Source: a virus. Taken from it: DNA of 64,000 bases. The first letter of the stretch is position 1; each line of letters begins with the position of its first letter. The translations under genes were made by a program, and so were the position numbers. The stretch covers positions 32,001-96,000 of IMG/VR virus record IMGVR_UViG_3300022074_000006; one strand, written 5' to 3'. The notes beneath the pieces are model-generated. The model was not told the DNA's origin and did no database searches. It was given only the letters and a program-made list of their open reading frames with translations. Shown one piece after another: positions 63,684 through 64,000 of the stretch.

Positions 63684-63915
63684 TAAAGAAATCTACTTAG
63701 AGCCTATTTTTATACTCATGTATTATTTGGGCTTTACGTACGACAATGCTTATAACCTTCCTGTCTGGAAGCGGGCTTGGTTCCTAGAGCGATTGATGAA
63801 AGAAATTACCAGGAACCAAGTGACCAAAGAAACCGTCAATGATCCGATGCATGCATCGATGGTCGGAAAACAAAGAACAGATCGAGCACCTGCCAGGCTG
63901 AGACGCTTCACTTAG
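63667..63915 (+). CDS. +1-frame extension of the chaperone (GT-like product), probably reached by frameshifting at T7 (63660-63666)
   Basis: The +1 frame reads FF-GLTPSDKEIYLEPIFILMYYLGFTYDNAYNLPVWKRAWFLERL... to TAG at 63913-63915. No SD before the internal ATG at 63718. Confidence 0.65.
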   Translation, partial: GLTPSDKEIYLEPIFILMYYLGFTYDNAYNLPVWKRAWFLERLMKEITRNQVTKETVNDPMHASMVGKQRTDRAPARLRRFT

Positions 63916-63918
63916 GTA

Positions 63919-63925
63919 ATACTTA
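63919..63925 (+). promoter_or_regulatory. Putative late promoter motif ATACTTA
   Basis: Just after the stop at 63915, upstream of GGAG and the ATG at 63953. Confidence 0.55.
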
Positions 63926-63952
63926 TATTAGTATGTTAATGTGGAGTACAAA

Positions 63953-64000
63953 ATGTCGTTACGGGGCACGCTCAGAAAATACACAGCTGAGTTCCTTGAA
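63953..64000 (+). CDS. N-terminus of a protein truncated by the window end (MSLRGTLRKYTAEFLE...)
   Basis: GGAG RBS, ATG at 63953, frame open to the window end. Confidence 0.55.
   Translation, partial: MSLRGTLRKYTAEFLE

Noticed and set aside
55320-63915. Extracellular contractile injection system or tailocin (multiple sheaths)
   Set aside because: Terminase, portal, protease, scaffold and capsid genes are in the same cluster, so this is a complete phage.
1-64000. Stop-codon reassignment (alternative genetic code), as in some large phages
   Set aside because: Multi-kilobase ORFs are intact under code 11, and TAA, TAG and TGA all end genes at sensible boundaries.
1-64000. CRISPR arrays, tRNA or rRNA genes, IS elements, integrase
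   Set aside because: Intergenic gaps are at most ~150 nt and show no repeat-spacer or cloverleaf pattern, and no ORF has transposase or recombinase motifs. A tRNAscan-SE/Infernal run would be needed to exclude small RNAs formally.

Overview
The window is the virion-morphogenesis region of a large, probably jumbo, contractile-tailed (myovirus-type) bacteriophage with T4-like head and tail genes. No host housekeeping region, integrase, rRNA, tRNA or CRISPR array was seen. It is gene-dense and on the + strand apart from one gene. Order: giant baseplate/fibre proteins (1-13.9 kb); an antisense MurE-like ligase (13.9-15.1 kb); more large putative baseplate proteins (15.2-32.8 kb); RuvC-like resolvase, primase and a single-chain SbcD-SbcC (gp47-gp46-like) fusion (32.8-37.5 kb); terminase, portal, prohead protease, several small head-region ORFs, scaffold and major capsid protein (38-49 kb); a ParB-like protein, a small basic protein, a PAS-like protein and a holin-like protein (49-52 kb); neck and tail-completion proteins, two tandem tail sheaths, the tail tube and a tail-assembly chaperone with an apparent +1 frameshift extension (52-64 kb). 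Strongest non-obvious signals: (1) a +1 frameshift at a T7 run in the chaperone gene; (2) a truncated, divergent MurE-like ligase with its own host-type promoter, inserted antisense among tail genes; (3) a ~110-140 aa 'AI...GHNG' module inserted into loops of at least four different virion proteins; (4) a PAS-like/holin-like gene pair; (5) a shared C-terminal RWxx[LI]AG[LI] motif in head-region proteins; (6) an ATAHTTA motif upstream of 11 structural genes, a candidate late promoter; (7) a 19-bp inverted repeat with an alternative fold. All protein family calls come from motif recognition by eye; no database search was run.
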